A stretch of DNA of 64,000 nucleotides, taken from positions 15,845 through 79,844 of the IMG/VR virus record IMGVR_UViG_3300020213_000027. One strand, given 5' to 3'. The position numbers and the translations under genes are program-made. Positions 1 through 9,656 of the stretch are shown here, piece by piece (position 1 is the stretch's first letter; each line of letters starts with the position of its first letter). This DNA is from a virus. The notes under the pieces are model-generated. The model saw only the letters and a list, made by a program, of their open reading frames with translations, did no database searches and was not told the origin of the DNA.

Positions 1-82
1 GAGTTTCTTTATCGCCCGCTATTTTATCTAAAAAATTTCTTATAGTTAACTCATTAGTCGATTTTAAATCATATTTAGGCAT
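1..82 (-). CDS. Hypothetical protein, 5' end only (runs off the window), downstream of portal
   Basis: ATG at 82 directly after the portal stop; open frame MPKYDLKSTNELTIRNFLDKIAGDKET to the window edge. Confidence 0.5.
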   Translation of the reverse strand, partial: MPKYDLKSTNELTIRNFLDKIAGDKET

Positions 83-83
83 A

Positions 84-2135
84 TTATCCTTTTACGTTGC
101 CTAGAGCCTGCTGTTGCAGTTCTGGATTTGGGAGTAAACCCGCATTAACTTTAGCTGGTTGTGGAATTCTAATTGGTCCTTGTAATCCAGGACCTTCAAT
201 ATGTCCACCTTGTACTCCTGGTCCCATAAGTCCTTGTTCTGGAGGCATCATTTGACCAGAAGGAGAAGCTCCAGGAGGACCTTGTGGAGAAGGAGCAGCA
301 CCTTGTGGAGGAGCTAAAGGAGGTAATGGAGCTTGTTTTAGCATTTGAAGTGTGCCAGGATCAGTAGTTCGTAATAATTCAATGTGTTCTTGAATATGGT
401 GTTGAACTCTTAAAACTAAATCTGCATCTTTTTTAAGTTCTGGATCAAATAATACTGATCTATGTCCATCAATATGTTTTTGGTGATCTTCAGTAAAAAT
501 AGCTTGCTGAGGTTCACCATCAATTAGAGCTTCATTTTCTGCTCTAATAAGTAAACTCTCATGTACAATATTTTCAGTAATTGCGTTTAAGTTACCAGTA
601 TTAATAAGATTTACATACTGAGCAGCATCAATTTGTTGATATTGAAGAAGTTGTTCTGCCATTTGAACACGGCCTGCGGTCGTTCTAGCGAGCGGATTAC
701 CTATATCAACTACAACTCTAGAGATATTAGAAATATCTTGAGATGTAAATTCTTTCATATAAGCACGATTAGTTTTACCAGCAATAGCAACAATACGAGG
801 AGTGTGCGCAAAATCTTGAAGCATCTTAATAATAGCAGTTCCAATAGATTCAACTAATTCTACATAGGATTGTTGAAGTCCAGACATGAATTGTAATGCC
901 ATTGATTGAACTAGAGCCAAAGCAGTACCAGATTTAAGACTTGCTTCTGGTTGACCTCTAGCTACACTATTAACTCCTGAAAGAGTTTCCATAGATTGTT
1001 CGATCATTTGAATAAATTTAAAAACTTCAGCTGGAGTACTAGTAAGATTTAAAGGTTCTGGTTTTCCTGCAGCAGCATTGTAATCAATAATATTTAATCC
1101 GCCTGCTAATTGATTAACTGCGATGTCAGTTCCTCTAGGATTTAATACGTTTTGAACACCAAAAGCATTTTGATTTGTAGCCACTGTACTATATAAACTA
1201 TTAAGAATTTCTTGAAGAGGAAGTAGATCAAACATTGGAGTATAGCCATGAGGGGTGCCATGAATATTTGAAGGAGCAATTCTAAATACTGGAAGAGTTC
1301 TATAAGGCATTGCAACATCTTGTAGAACAATGTCAGATGATACAAACATCATATATCGACCATCGGGCATACAATCTGTTCTATTATGATAGAATTCCAT
1401 AATAGCGACATCATCAGTAGTATCTAAAAGTGTAGAAATTCCTAAACGAAATCTTTGCAATTCAGATTTAGTTTGTAAAGACTTAATTTCATCTGCAAAT
1501 TCAGGATATTTTGCTGCTAGGTCATATTTATTTTTCCAACGTCTAATAAGAACCCAATCATGATTTCCTGTTTCTTTGGTTCCATCAAACATAACATCAA
1601 AAGGAGATAAATTTTCAAATATAATATCTCCTTCAAAGATTTTGGTTTTAGTTTCTTCAATATAATCTACTATTTCACCTTTTGTTGCATCCCATTCCAT
1701 GACAACAAAACCACTACCATAAACAATAGCATATTCAACTGCTTGTTTAAGGTAGCCTTCTACTTTTTTCTCTCTAAGATAGTAATCTAAAATACTATTA
1801 GCTAAATAGGTTTGAACTAAAGACTTATAATCTGTATTTGTTGCTCTACAATCAAGCGCAGGACGATTTGAAACCGTCATTACGAGCATATGTGTTGCAA
1901 TATTACGCCATTGATTTACTGGGAGATTTACTAATTCACCTTGTTCACCAGCAAAAGTTACTTGGTGTCCTGATCCCGTATCACTATAATAAGCACCATG
2001 GTACGCCATGAAACAACTTCTTAGTTTTTCTAAAAAGCCATTAGATTCAATAGAATTGGACCAGTTTTGTACTTTAGAATCTAAAATTGAAGCAACAGCG
2101 TTGCTATCTTTGGCAGCAAAATATTGGTTATCCAT
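84..2135 (-). CDS. Portal (head-tail connector) protein
   Basis: 683 aa, immediately downstream of terminase; P22-type portal-like segments (SGVNSVARGQ, SGTALALVQ); Pro-rich C-terminus. Confidence 0.8.
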   Translation of the reverse strand: MDNQYFAAKDSNAVASILDSKVQNWSNSIESNGFLEKLRSCFMAYHGAYYSDTGSGHQVTFAGEQGELVNLPVNQWRNIATHMLVMTVSNRPALDCRATNTDYKSLVQTYLANSILDYYLREKKVEGYLKQAVEYAIVYGSGFVVMEWDATKGEIVDYIEETKTKIFEGDIIFENLSPFDVMFDGTKETGNHDWVLIRRWKNKYDLAAKYPEFADEIKSLQTKSELQRFRLGISTLLDTTDDVAIMEFYHNRTDCMPDGRYMMFVSSDIVLQDVAMPYRTLPVFRIAPSNIHGTPHGYTPMFDLLPLQEILNSLYSTVATNQNAFGVQNVLNPRGTDIAVNQLAGGLNIIDYNAAAGKPEPLNLTSTPAEVFKFIQMIEQSMETLSGVNSVARGQPEASLKSGTALALVQSMALQFMSGLQQSYVELVESIGTAIIKMLQDFAHTPRIVAIAGKTNRAYMKEFTSQDISNISRVVVDIGNPLARTTAGRVQMAEQLLQYQQIDAAQYVNLINTGNLNAITENIVHESLLIRAENEALIDGEPQQAIFTEDHQKHIDGHRSVLFDPELKKDADLVLRVQHHIQEHIELLRTTDPGTLQMLKQAPLPPLAPPQGAAPSPQGPPGASPSGQMMPPEQGLMGPGVQGGHIEGPGLQGPIRIPQPAKVNAGLLPNPELQQQALGNVKG

Positions 2136-2145
2136 CGTAAACTTC

Positions 2146-2165
2146 CTATATATACTTGTTAATTT
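2146..2165 (-). promoter_or_regulatory. Putative phage late promoter TTAACAAG-N6-TAG
   Basis: TTAACAAGTATATATAG just upstream of the portal start; motif recurs at 5 other intergenic sites. Confidence 0.6.
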
Positions 2166-2183
2166 TTAAAGATAAGAGTATAA

Positions 2184-3332
2184 TTATCTTTTTTTAGGAG
2201 TTAGTAGGTCTACAAGTTGCTTATTTGATTCAGATGAAGATTTTCGTGTGTTAAAAATCTTACTAAATTCATGGTGTTGTGAGTTTTTATAGCCGGGCCT
2301 CTCAAAATGACTTTCATTATATTTATCTAAATAGCCTTTTGGATAAGGATTTTTACTAATCTGAACATTTCTTATTAAATATTTTAAACTATCGATAGCA
2401 TCAAAGTGGCCATTATCTGCAGATCGATCAAAACTTGTTTTAGCTTTATTCCAAATACCAGCTTCTAAATGAGTTATTAAAGTTTTACATCTAGGATTAA
2501 TAAGTATTTGTTCATTTTCAAGCATCACTCTTACTTTATTAAGTGCTGCGTCAGCATCATCTTTTCTAGTAGGTAAAAATCTTAAACCATGCAAATCCCA
2601 CAAATCTTTAATAACAATTAAATTATTATCGCTAATTCTAAGAAATGGAATACGCTGTTCTCCAGTTATTTTGTCTGTAAATACTTCAGCCTCTTTTTGT
2701 TTAATTCCATCGGCTAAAGTACTAGTATTAAATTTTTGTCCGTGAATAACAAATTCATCCTCAACAATAAGTTTTGCTTTAAGAAAATCATACCAGCCAA
2801 ATAACACAACAGTTAAATCTTTCATACCTATGTCCATACCAACATAAGCATCATAAAAAGGAGCTCTATCAGTTTCTTTCACAATTATTTTTTTAAGTTC
2901 TTCATTAAACTCAGGTATGATCGCGTAATTACTATCTTTAATTATGTGACAATTATGATTAACTATATCATTACCTAAAAATACATTTCCATTTTTAACA
3001 TCTAATATGTCATATACGTGTCTTTTTCCTGGAAATTTATTAATTTGTATTATTTTTTCTATACCATCTATAGTTAATAAGACATCACCAATTTTGTATT
3101 CTTTTGCTAGTTTCTCTTCATTAAATTTATGTTTTGTACTTACAAGAATTTTTTTATTATTTTCCGTAATAAATTCTAGGCATTGGACTAAACCATTATA
3201 ACTAACACCATCAAAATCTTGAAATCCTGTTGGAGTTAATATCTGATAACCTTGTTTATTAAAAGCAGTTTTATTACCTTTTTTTCTGCTTTCAGAAAAA
3301 CGTTTATTCTTATGTATTTTTAGATAATTCAT
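2184..3332 (-). CDS. terL: Terminase large subunit, C-terminal nuclease part, preceded by a 127-aa C-intein fragment
   Basis: N-terminal intein blocks (ILTPTGF, STKHKF, VYDILDV...NHN/C); RNase H-like terminase motifs YVGMDIG and HFDAIDSLKY. Confidence 0.85.
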   Translation of the reverse strand: MNYLKIHKNKRFSESRKKGNKTAFNKQGYQILTPTGFQDFDGVSYNGLVQCLEFITENNKKILVSTKHKFNEEKLAKEYKIGDVLLTIDGIEKIIQINKFPGKRHVYDILDVKNGNVFLGNDIVNHNCHIIKDSNYAIIPEFNEELKKIIVKETDRAPFYDAYVGMDIGMKDLTVVLFGWYDFLKAKLIVEDEFVIHGQKFNTSTLADGIKQKEAEVFTDKITGEQRIPFLRISDNNLIVIKDLWDLHGLRFLPTRKDDADAALNKVRVMLENEQILINPRCKTLITHLEAGIWNKAKTSFDRSADNGHFDAIDSLKYLIRNVQISKNPYPKGYLDKYNESHFERPGYKNSQHHEFSKIFNTRKSSSESNKQLVDLLTPKKR

Positions 3333-3411
3333 ATTTTAATTCTTTTATTGTTAATTGTCTAATTTTACCTTCAGGATCTTTTATAGTTAAGAGAGTATTA
3401 GCTTCAACACA
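2952..3411 (-). mobile_element. Atypically split intein in TerL (IntN 33 aa at 3313-3411; IntC 127 aa at 2952-3332)
   Basis: REYL|CVEANTLL... ends ORF1; ORF2 has ...NHN|CHII; the spliced product reads FRREYL-CHII. Confidence 0.8.
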
Positions 3412-4125
3412 CAAATATTCTCTTCGAAAATCGACGCTATCAAGACCACCAGATTCTTCTACTAATTTGTCAAATTCCTCTTTATCAATATTTGGATTAT
3501 CGTAAATTGTTTTGGTTACTAAATTACCTTCAATCCTAGCTTTATTAAGATATTTAGTAATAAAAGGATGAATTGGGGATTTAGGAGGAGTGCTTGCTAA
3601 AATAATCTTACCTTTGGTAGTTGCAGTAGTTGGCAAAATAATACTTGTAACAATATAAGGAAGATCCCCAACTAAGCCAGCCTCGTCAATAATAGCGAGA
3701 TTTGAGCTACCACCTCGATTACTTTCAGCTCTTCCACCATCTAAGCCAATAAGTTCAATACGAGAACCATTAGGAAATACCCAAGCACCTTCTTGGGTCT
3801 TATACTCAGGCTTAAGTTCTATTGGACAGGTCTCAATGATCTCTCTAATAAGAGGTCTAATTATGTTTCTAGCATCTTTTTGCTTAGCGCAACAATACTT
3901 AACTAAAGAATTTGACTTTTTTAAACAAGTTTCTAGCGCTATTATACATAACGTATAGGACTTTCCTAAACGTCTCGCACAATTCCAGACAACTATTTTC
4001 TCTTTACAATCAATATAGCTATTATAAAGTTCTTTTTGGACAGGCTTTAGTTGCCAATGCAAAATGCCTTGATTCCACAACATGGCTCTAGCAGATTCTG
4101 GAGATATTTTATTTTGGTTTTCCAT
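3310..4125 (-). CDS. terL: Terminase large subunit, N-terminal ATPase part, ending in a short N-intein fragment
   Basis: Walker A ARRLGKS, Walker B IIDEAG, coupling motif LASTP, FRREYLC. Confidence 0.9.
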   Translation of the reverse strand: MENQNKISPESARAMLWNQGILHWQLKPVQKELYNSYIDCKEKIVVWNCARRLGKSYTLCIIALETCLKKSNSLVKYCCAKQKDARNIIRPLIREIIETCPIELKPEYKTQEGAWVFPNGSRIELIGLDGGRAESNRGGSSNLAIIDEAGLVGDLPYIVTSIILPTTATTKGKIILASTPPKSPIHPFITKYLNKARIEGNLVTKTIYDNPNIDKEEFDKLVEESGGLDSVDFRREYLCVEANTLLTIKDPEGKIRQLTIKELKYELSKNT

Positions 4126-4291
4126 TTATAATCCGATGTAAAGGATTTATCTCTTTTTTAATTTCTCTAGTAAATCCACAAAAATAGCACTTAAATAAGA
4201 TATTTGAATCACTATACTTTTCTAAAAATCCTATATGACAATGTGGACATAAATGATTTTTAAGAAATTCCTCGTAATTTTTATAAGACAT
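4109..4291 (-). CDS. Small Zn-ribbon protein
   Basis: CPHC...CYFC. Confidence 0.5.
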   Translation of the reverse strand: MSYKNYEEFLKNHLCPHCHIGFLEKYSDSNILFKCYFCGFTREIKKEINPLHRIINGKPK

Positions 4292-4711
4292 TTATTTTTT
4301 TGCTAACTCTAAAAGCTGTGAATTTGAATAGGGTAATTGCTTAGATCTACCTTCTAAGGTATTCCCAGCATTATCTTTTTTAATGAGTATTTTATTTTTT
4401 AAGAGTAGGTCTAATTTTTTAACTTCTTCAAGAGATAGTTCTTGTCCTAAACTCCTAGATTGCAAAATTTCAATTTGACCATCAATTAAAGCTTCTTCTG
4501 GGGTTTTTATAATTCTTTCTATTCTATTTTCCCCAATAATTTGTGTGGTATTGGTTAATAATAGTTGAAGATGCTTTATTTCTTCTTCTTGCTTGGATAT
4601 TTTATTATTAAGTTCGATTATAGTTTTATTTTGAACTTCTAAGAATTTATTTTTTTCAGCTTCTTCTTTGAATTCTTTATGTAAATTCTTTATGTCGATA
4701 ATATTGCTCAT
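4292..4711 (-). CDS. Coiled-coil hypothetical protein (possible terminase small subunit by position)
   Basis: Position upstream of terL; helical, charged sequence. Confidence 0.35.
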   Translation of the reverse strand: MSNIIDIKNLHKEFKEEAEKNKFLEVQNKTIIELNNKISKQEEEIKHLQLLLTNTTQIIGENRIERIIKTPEEALIDGQIEILQSRSLGQELSLEEVKKLDLLLKNKILIKKDNAGNTLEGRSKQLPYSNSQLLELAKK

Positions 4712-4714
4712 AAT

Positions 4715-4975
4715 TTATTTTTTTAAATTAAATCCAAAATTTAATGAACTTACTTTATCTTTCAATAGTTTATGTTGTTCTTCCATTTCGACTAGCCTAT
4801 TTTTTAGATCTTTATTTACTTCAGGCTCTTTTTTATTGTGTAAAAAATGAAAGAAGCCATAAAGACAAGAAAGTGCAATGATTACAATAGCTTCACCTAT
4901 GTTTGCACCTGTAAATAGTAGACGAACAAGAAAAGAAAGGAGTAAAAAGAAGGGAAGAGGCAAATATTTATCCAT
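4715..4975 (-). CDS. Small two-TM membrane protein
   Basis: Two hydrophobic segments followed by a coiled-coil tail. Confidence 0.5.
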   Translation of the reverse strand: MDKYLPLPFFLLLSFLVRLLFTGANIGEAIVIIALSCLYGFFHFLHNKKEPEVNKDLKNRLVEMEEQHKLLKDKVSSLNFGFNLKK

Positions 4976-5107
4976 TAAATTAATCCTTTAAAGGGTATAA
5001 TTATCAATAAAATCAACAAGTTAAAAAAAAATAAGTAGAGTGTGTGAACAGCTAGTTTTATTATATTTCCTTATTTAAGGATGTCTGCCTTACGACTCAA
5101 ATATTCT

Positions 5108-5126
5108 CTATATACACTTGTTAATT
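5108..5126 (-). promoter_or_regulatory. Putative late promoter TTAACAAG-N6-TAG
   Basis: TTAACAAGTGTATATAG at the head of the terminase operon. Confidence 0.6.
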
Positions 5127-5132
5127 TTATAA

Positions 5133-5516
5133 ATGTCTGGTATAATATATATTATGAGCGCAAAAATATCTAAAAATGATAAGAGTTGGCTTTTAAACGT
5201 CATTAAGACTACAAGACCTCTAAATGATCTTGAATCAGCCCTTGTATTTACCACATTTGATTCTGAAACAAATCAAGATATTACTATAATTGAGAAAGAG
5301 ATTGAAAATGAGAAATTCTTAAAAAAAGTTTGTCTATACAAGCTATTAACTTTCATCCCTGAAATTGGTTTTATAACTTTACTTTTTGATAAAAAGGTAA
5401 AAAAATCAAAAATGGAAGTGACTTCTTTATATTATAAATACTATCGTAATAAAATAAATTTAACAGACTTTCAAAATAAGTTGAAAATCTTACTAAAAGA
5501 AGGTAATATAGTATAA
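5133..5516 (+). CDS. Hypothetical protein with C-terminal FxxKL motif
   Basis: Ends DFQNKLKILLKEGNIV. Confidence 0.5.
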   Translation: MSGIIYIMSAKISKNDKSWLLNVIKTTRPLNDLESALVFTTFDSETNQDITIIEKEIENEKFLKKVCLYKLLTFIPEIGFITLLFDKKVKKSKMEVTSLYYKYYRNKINLTDFQNKLKILLKEGNIV

Positions 5517-5731
5517 TGAAAGCAATTTTAGAGTTTACACTTCCCGAAGAGAATGAAGAATTTAAAACAGCACAAAATGGAGCCAACTATTCCATTGCAT
5601 TGTGGGATTTAGACCAATACTTGCGTTCTAAATTGAAATATGAAGAGCTTTCAGAAGAACAACACCAAGCATATCAGGATATTCGCGGCAAATTGTACGA
5701 ATTAATGCAAGAAAGAGATATAGATTTTTAA
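5516..5731 (+). CDS. Conserved small phage protein
   Basis: MKAILEFTLPEE...WDLDQYLRSKLKY pattern; TAATG overlap with the previous ORF. Confidence 0.6.
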   Translation: MKAILEFTLPEENEEFKTAQNGANYSIALWDLDQYLRSKLKYEELSEEQHQAYQDIRGKLYELMQERDIDF

Positions 5732-5734
5732 AAG

Positions 5735-5811
5735 TTTTGGATCGTCTACGTCGGTTAGGATAGCTAGGTCGACAGAACCAGCAGAAAAAGGTTCGACTCC
5801 TTTTCCAAAAT
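5735..5811 (+). tRNA. Degenerate/atypical tRNA, anticodon not assignable
   Basis: Acceptor TTTTGGA/TCCAAAA; D-arm with GG; T-arm AAAGG-TTCGACT-CCTTT; irregular anticodon arm lacking U33. Confidence 0.6.
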
Positions 5812-6601
5812 CCCTTTATGAGGCCCATATGAAAAAAGAAGAAGCATTAAAAAGAATTGAAACGGTGATTACCCAACTTGAGGGTATTTGTACTAATAAA
5901 CTCATCGCTCAAATGATTATGACAGAGCTTGAATTTCTAGGTATGCTGCCTCCAAAAATCTCTAAAGTCAAAAAATATACAACTAATGGAAACATGTTTG
6001 AATCTATTGAGTATACAAATGAGTGGGAAAATACATGATTCAATTTTTTCACTTAAATAAAGATTCTATTTTCTATTCTGGAATTGAATGTACTCTAGCT
6101 ATTAATACTCCCACAAAATCAGAACTTGAGAAATTTCTCGAAAATCACTTAGAAAGTTTATATCTTCCAGTTGGAATTACTGTCAAATCTCCAAAAGATG
6201 TGTTTATTAAAAAAATTGGAAGAGAAGAGTCATTAAAAAATATACAATCTAGAGAGTGTTTTTTTGATAATCTTTCCCAAGATGGAACAAAACATGTCTA
6301 TAGATTTAGAGCCTCTATTGCCCATGCAAGACATCATTTTATAGCCCATCTAATATTTACCACAGTATTGGAAAGTGACAATGTTCAAATGATTACTGCA
6401 GAAATTTATCTATGATTATTAATGATATGCCAGTTCTTGAAACTTTTAAAGATTTGATGAATGAAATAGCTTATAATTGGAATTATCCAATTAATGCTAT
6501 TATTAAAACAGAAGATGGTTGCTATGTAGTAGATAAACTATATATTCAAAAAGATGTGGTGTCCTATAAAACAAACCATTGGTATTTAGCTCCAGGAGTT
6601 T

Positions 6602-7303
6602 ATGAACAATTTGAGATCTTCTATGGTCTTTTACATCCTATTAACTATCACGAAATACGAGAATTTTAACTTGAAAATAGTAGCAATTTCCGATACACAT
6701 TCAATGCTAAATAAAGTATCCTTACCTGATGGAGATCTATTAATCCATTCTGGAGATGCGACTTCTGTTGGTCAAATTATAGATATTGTAAAATTTAATC
6801 AGGAACTAGGCGGCATCAAAACCAAATATAAGCATGGTATTATCTTTATTCCTGGAAATCATGACTTTCTTTTTGAAAGAAATCAACAATTAGCTAGAGA
6901 TATAATGACCAATGCTAAAGTTCTTATAGATGAGTCAGTTGAAATTGAAGGAATTAAGATCTATGGATCTCCTTGGCAACCAGAATTCAATAATTGGGCA
7001 TTTAATCTGCCTAGAGGAGAAGCTTTGAAACAAAGATGGTCTACCATTCCTGATGATACAAACATATTAGTGACGCATGGCCCTCCTTATGGTATATTAG
7101 ATAAATGTCCTGATGGTTCTTTAGTTGGATGTGAAGAACTTTATAAAAGAGTTTTTGAATTGAAACAACTTAAGCTGCATCAGTTTGGCCATATTCACCA
7201 TGCATGGGGAACTAAACAAATAGATAATATTACATTTATAAATGCATCCATTTGTACTGAAAACTATAAACCGACGAATAAACCCTGGATAATTAATATA
7301 TGA
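6602..7303 (+). CDS. Calcineurin-like metallophosphoesterase (true start probably TTG near 6671)
   Basis: SDTH, HSGD, PGNHD, THGPP, FGHIH motifs. Confidence 0.9.
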   Translation: MNNLRSSMVFYILLTITKYENFNLKIVAISDTHSMLNKVSLPDGDLLIHSGDATSVGQIIDIVKFNQELGGIKTKYKHGIIFIPGNHDFLFERNQQLARDIMTNAKVLIDESVEIEGIKIYGSPWQPEFNNWAFNLPRGEALKQRWSTIPDDTNILVTHGPPYGILDKCPDGSLVGCEELYKRVFELKQLKLHQFGHIHHAWGTKQIDNITFINASICTENYKPTNKPWIINI

Positions 7304-7686
7304 CAAGAACAATGCTTATTTTAGAAGATGCTTATGGTGATAAAGTTAGAGTTTCTCTTGATTCTATTCAAGGCTATAGAGCTTATCAAGCAGATATGAC
7401 AGAAGTATATTTTCCAAATGTTTCAACAATTTTTAAGATTTCTGTTGAACAACTTGATGCTATTTTGATTGAATGTTTATTTATGGTTAAAAAGGTACAT
7501 TAATATGTTTACTCGTGGAGCCTTCTATAGGCATAAAAGCACTCTTGATACTGATATATATGTAGTTAAAGTACAATATAGAGGAACAAATTATATTAAA
7601 ATGAAAGTAAATTTTGTTGATAGAAAACATACAGGGATTTTTCAATTAAATTATCATGCTAAAGTATTAAGAAAAGATTTTCATCT

Positions 7687-8253
7687 TTGGCAAAGAGTTC
7701 TATGATATTTACAAGTCTAGATTTAGAGCTTAATAAAGAAGGAAATCAAACTACAGACATAATCCAAATTGGAGCTGTCATTGGAAATATTTATACTGGG
7801 GAAATTCTAAAAAAACTTAGGCTTTATGTTAAGCCTTCAAAGCCTCTAGATCCTTTTATTATTACCCTTACTGGTATAAAGCAATCAGATATTGATGAAA
7901 AAGGAATAACTCTTCTAGAAGCTTACAATGAATTAAAGAAGTGCCATATTGATTTAAAGTCTCATCATAGCATTATTCAATGGGGTGGAGGAGATGAGAA
8001 GGAACTTAAAGAACAGCTGTTAAAACAAGGAATGCCTTTTTATGACTGGTGTTTTGGACGAACTTATTTTAATGTCAAATCTTTATGTCAATCTATCTCC
8101 AAAGCTAAGAAGCAAAAATTTCAAGGCGGATTAAAGAAATACTGCCAACGACATAAAGTAATTTTTGAAGGTCCAGCTCATGATGCGCTTCAGGATTCCC
8201 TTAATACCTTTAAACTATATGTAGATTTACTAAAGAAATTAGAAAAAATATGA
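7687..8253 (+). CDS. DEDDh 3'-5' exonuclease
   Basis: LDLE, IIQIGAV, LTGI, HDALQD motifs. Confidence 0.85.
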   Translation: MAKSSMIFTSLDLELNKEGNQTTDIIQIGAVIGNIYTGEILKKLRLYVKPSKPLDPFIITLTGIKQSDIDEKGITLLEAYNELKKCHIDLKSHHSIIQWGGGDEKELKEQLLKQGMPFYDWCFGRTYFNVKSLCQSISKAKKQKFQGGLKKYCQRHKVIFEGPAHDALQDSLNTFKLYVDLLKKLEKI

Positions 8254-8394
8254 GTAAATTAGATACTAAAAAGATTTATAAACGAGGAGTTCAAGCTCAT
8301 GAATGGGCAGCAGACGTAAATCCCTCTAAAAAACAAAAAAAGCAAAAAGTAAAAGAGCGCCAAGACGGGAAGAAACAAATTAAGAAAGAGCAGT

Positions 8395-8714
8395 ATGAGT
8401 GAAGGAACAAAGCATGATCAAGGTAAGGAGCCAATTAGTTTGATTAGTTCAAAAGCTTTATTAGAATTGACCCGAGTTTTAGAGTTTGGTCAAAAAAATA
8501 TGGAAGAGATAACTGGAGACAAGGCTTCAAATGGAGCCGTTGTTTTGATGCTACTATGAGGCATCTTCTAGCCTATAATGATGGTCAGAGAGTTGATTCT
8601 GAAAGTGGGAGATCTCATCTAGGGCATGCTATGGCCAACATTATGTTCCTTATTGAAATGGAACAATCTCAAACTGGTGAAGATGATCTATGGAAAGGTT
8701 ATAAAAAAGAATGA
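8395..8714 (+). pseudogene. dATP/dGTP diphosphohydrolase (DUF5664-type), frameshifted at an A7 run near 8492-8498
   Basis: GTKHDQGK...VLEFGQK in one frame; YGRDNWRQG...RHL...DSESGRSHLGHA in the -1 frame; stop overlaps the def ATG (ATGA). Confidence 0.75.
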
Positions 8715-9184
8715 CTTTAATTCATTATCCCAATCCTATATTAGAAACTCCTTGTATTCCAATTAATAAAGAAGATAATATAGAACAACTTATTAAAGAT
8801 ATGACTGAAGTTATGATTAAACATAATGGTGTTGGACTTGCTGCTCCACAAGTAGGTCTTTCAAAACAACTCTTTATTATAAAAGATATTAAAGGTAATA
8901 TTGTGCCTTTTATCAATCCTAAAATTATTGAAACTGATGGACAAACTATATTAAATGAAGGGTGTTTATCTTTTCCAAATATATTTCTTCCTGTGGTAAG
9001 AGCTTCTTCTGTATTTATAGAAATAGATAGTATAGACTTATTAGAAAGAAGACGAATAATGGCAGAAGGAATAGAAGCCAGAATCATTCTTCATGAGTTT
9101 CAACACCTAAAAGGTGAGACCTTTCTTAATAGTGTTAATAGACAATTAAGAAAATCTACTATAGCTAAAATGAGAAAGACATAA
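8711..9184 (+). CDS. def: Peptide deformylase
   Basis: GVGLAAPQVG, EGCLS, HEFQH motifs. Confidence 0.92.
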   Translation: MTLIHYPNPILETPCIPINKEDNIEQLIKDMTEVMIKHNGVGLAAPQVGLSKQLFIIKDIKGNIVPFINPKIIETDGQTILNEGCLSFPNIFLPVVRASSVFIEIDSIDLLERRRIMAEGIEARIILHEFQHLKGETFLNSVNRQLRKSTIAKMRKT

Positions 9185-9185
9185 A

Positions 9186-9656
9186 ATGATTAAATACCTT
9201 GTATTGTTACTAGCTTCAGTTAATTGTAATGCTTATGAAGGCACTTTCTTCAAATACGGCGTAGGATTAAATGAGGATATTAAGACAGTAAAGACATTTA
9301 CTTTAGGATATCAAGCTCCTCTATTTGCTATTTTTGATTATCAACTAGAAGGTGGTATGTTTAATGATAGTAGACAAACTCAAGGAATCATTGCATTTAG
9401 TAATATTTCTATAGGTGTGTCATCTTTTACTACATCTGGTATATACGCTAAAATATTCTTTGGTCCGGCTTTAATAAGCCAAACAGATACAAGACTTAGC
9501 AGCATATTCGAATTCAATCATGACTTAGAATTTGGTTTTGTAGATAAAAAAGGTCTGTCAATTGGCGTTAACTATAAACATATGAGTAATGCTGGCATAG
9601 TTCTTCCTAATTATGGAAGAGACTTACTATTACTCAAAATTCAATTCCCTTGGTGA
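9186..9656 (+). CDS. pagL: PagL-like lipid A 3-O-deacylase (outer-membrane beta-barrel)
   Basis: Signal peptide, alternating beta-strands, HMSNAGIVLPNYG signature, aromatic C-terminus. Confidence 0.75.
   Translation: MIKYLVLLLASVNCNAYEGTFFKYGVGLNEDIKTVKTFTLGYQAPLFAIFDYQLEGGMFNDSRQTQGIIAFSNISIGVSSFTTSGIYAKIFFGPALISQTDTRLSSIFEFNHDLEFGFVDKKGLSIGVNYKHMSNAGIVLPNYGRDLLLLKIQFPW

Noticed and set aside
5040-5100. preQ1 riboswitch or hammerhead ribozyme
   Set aside because: The AAAACUAG tail is present but the preQ1 stem-loop is not; the hammerhead CUGANGA/GAAA core is absent
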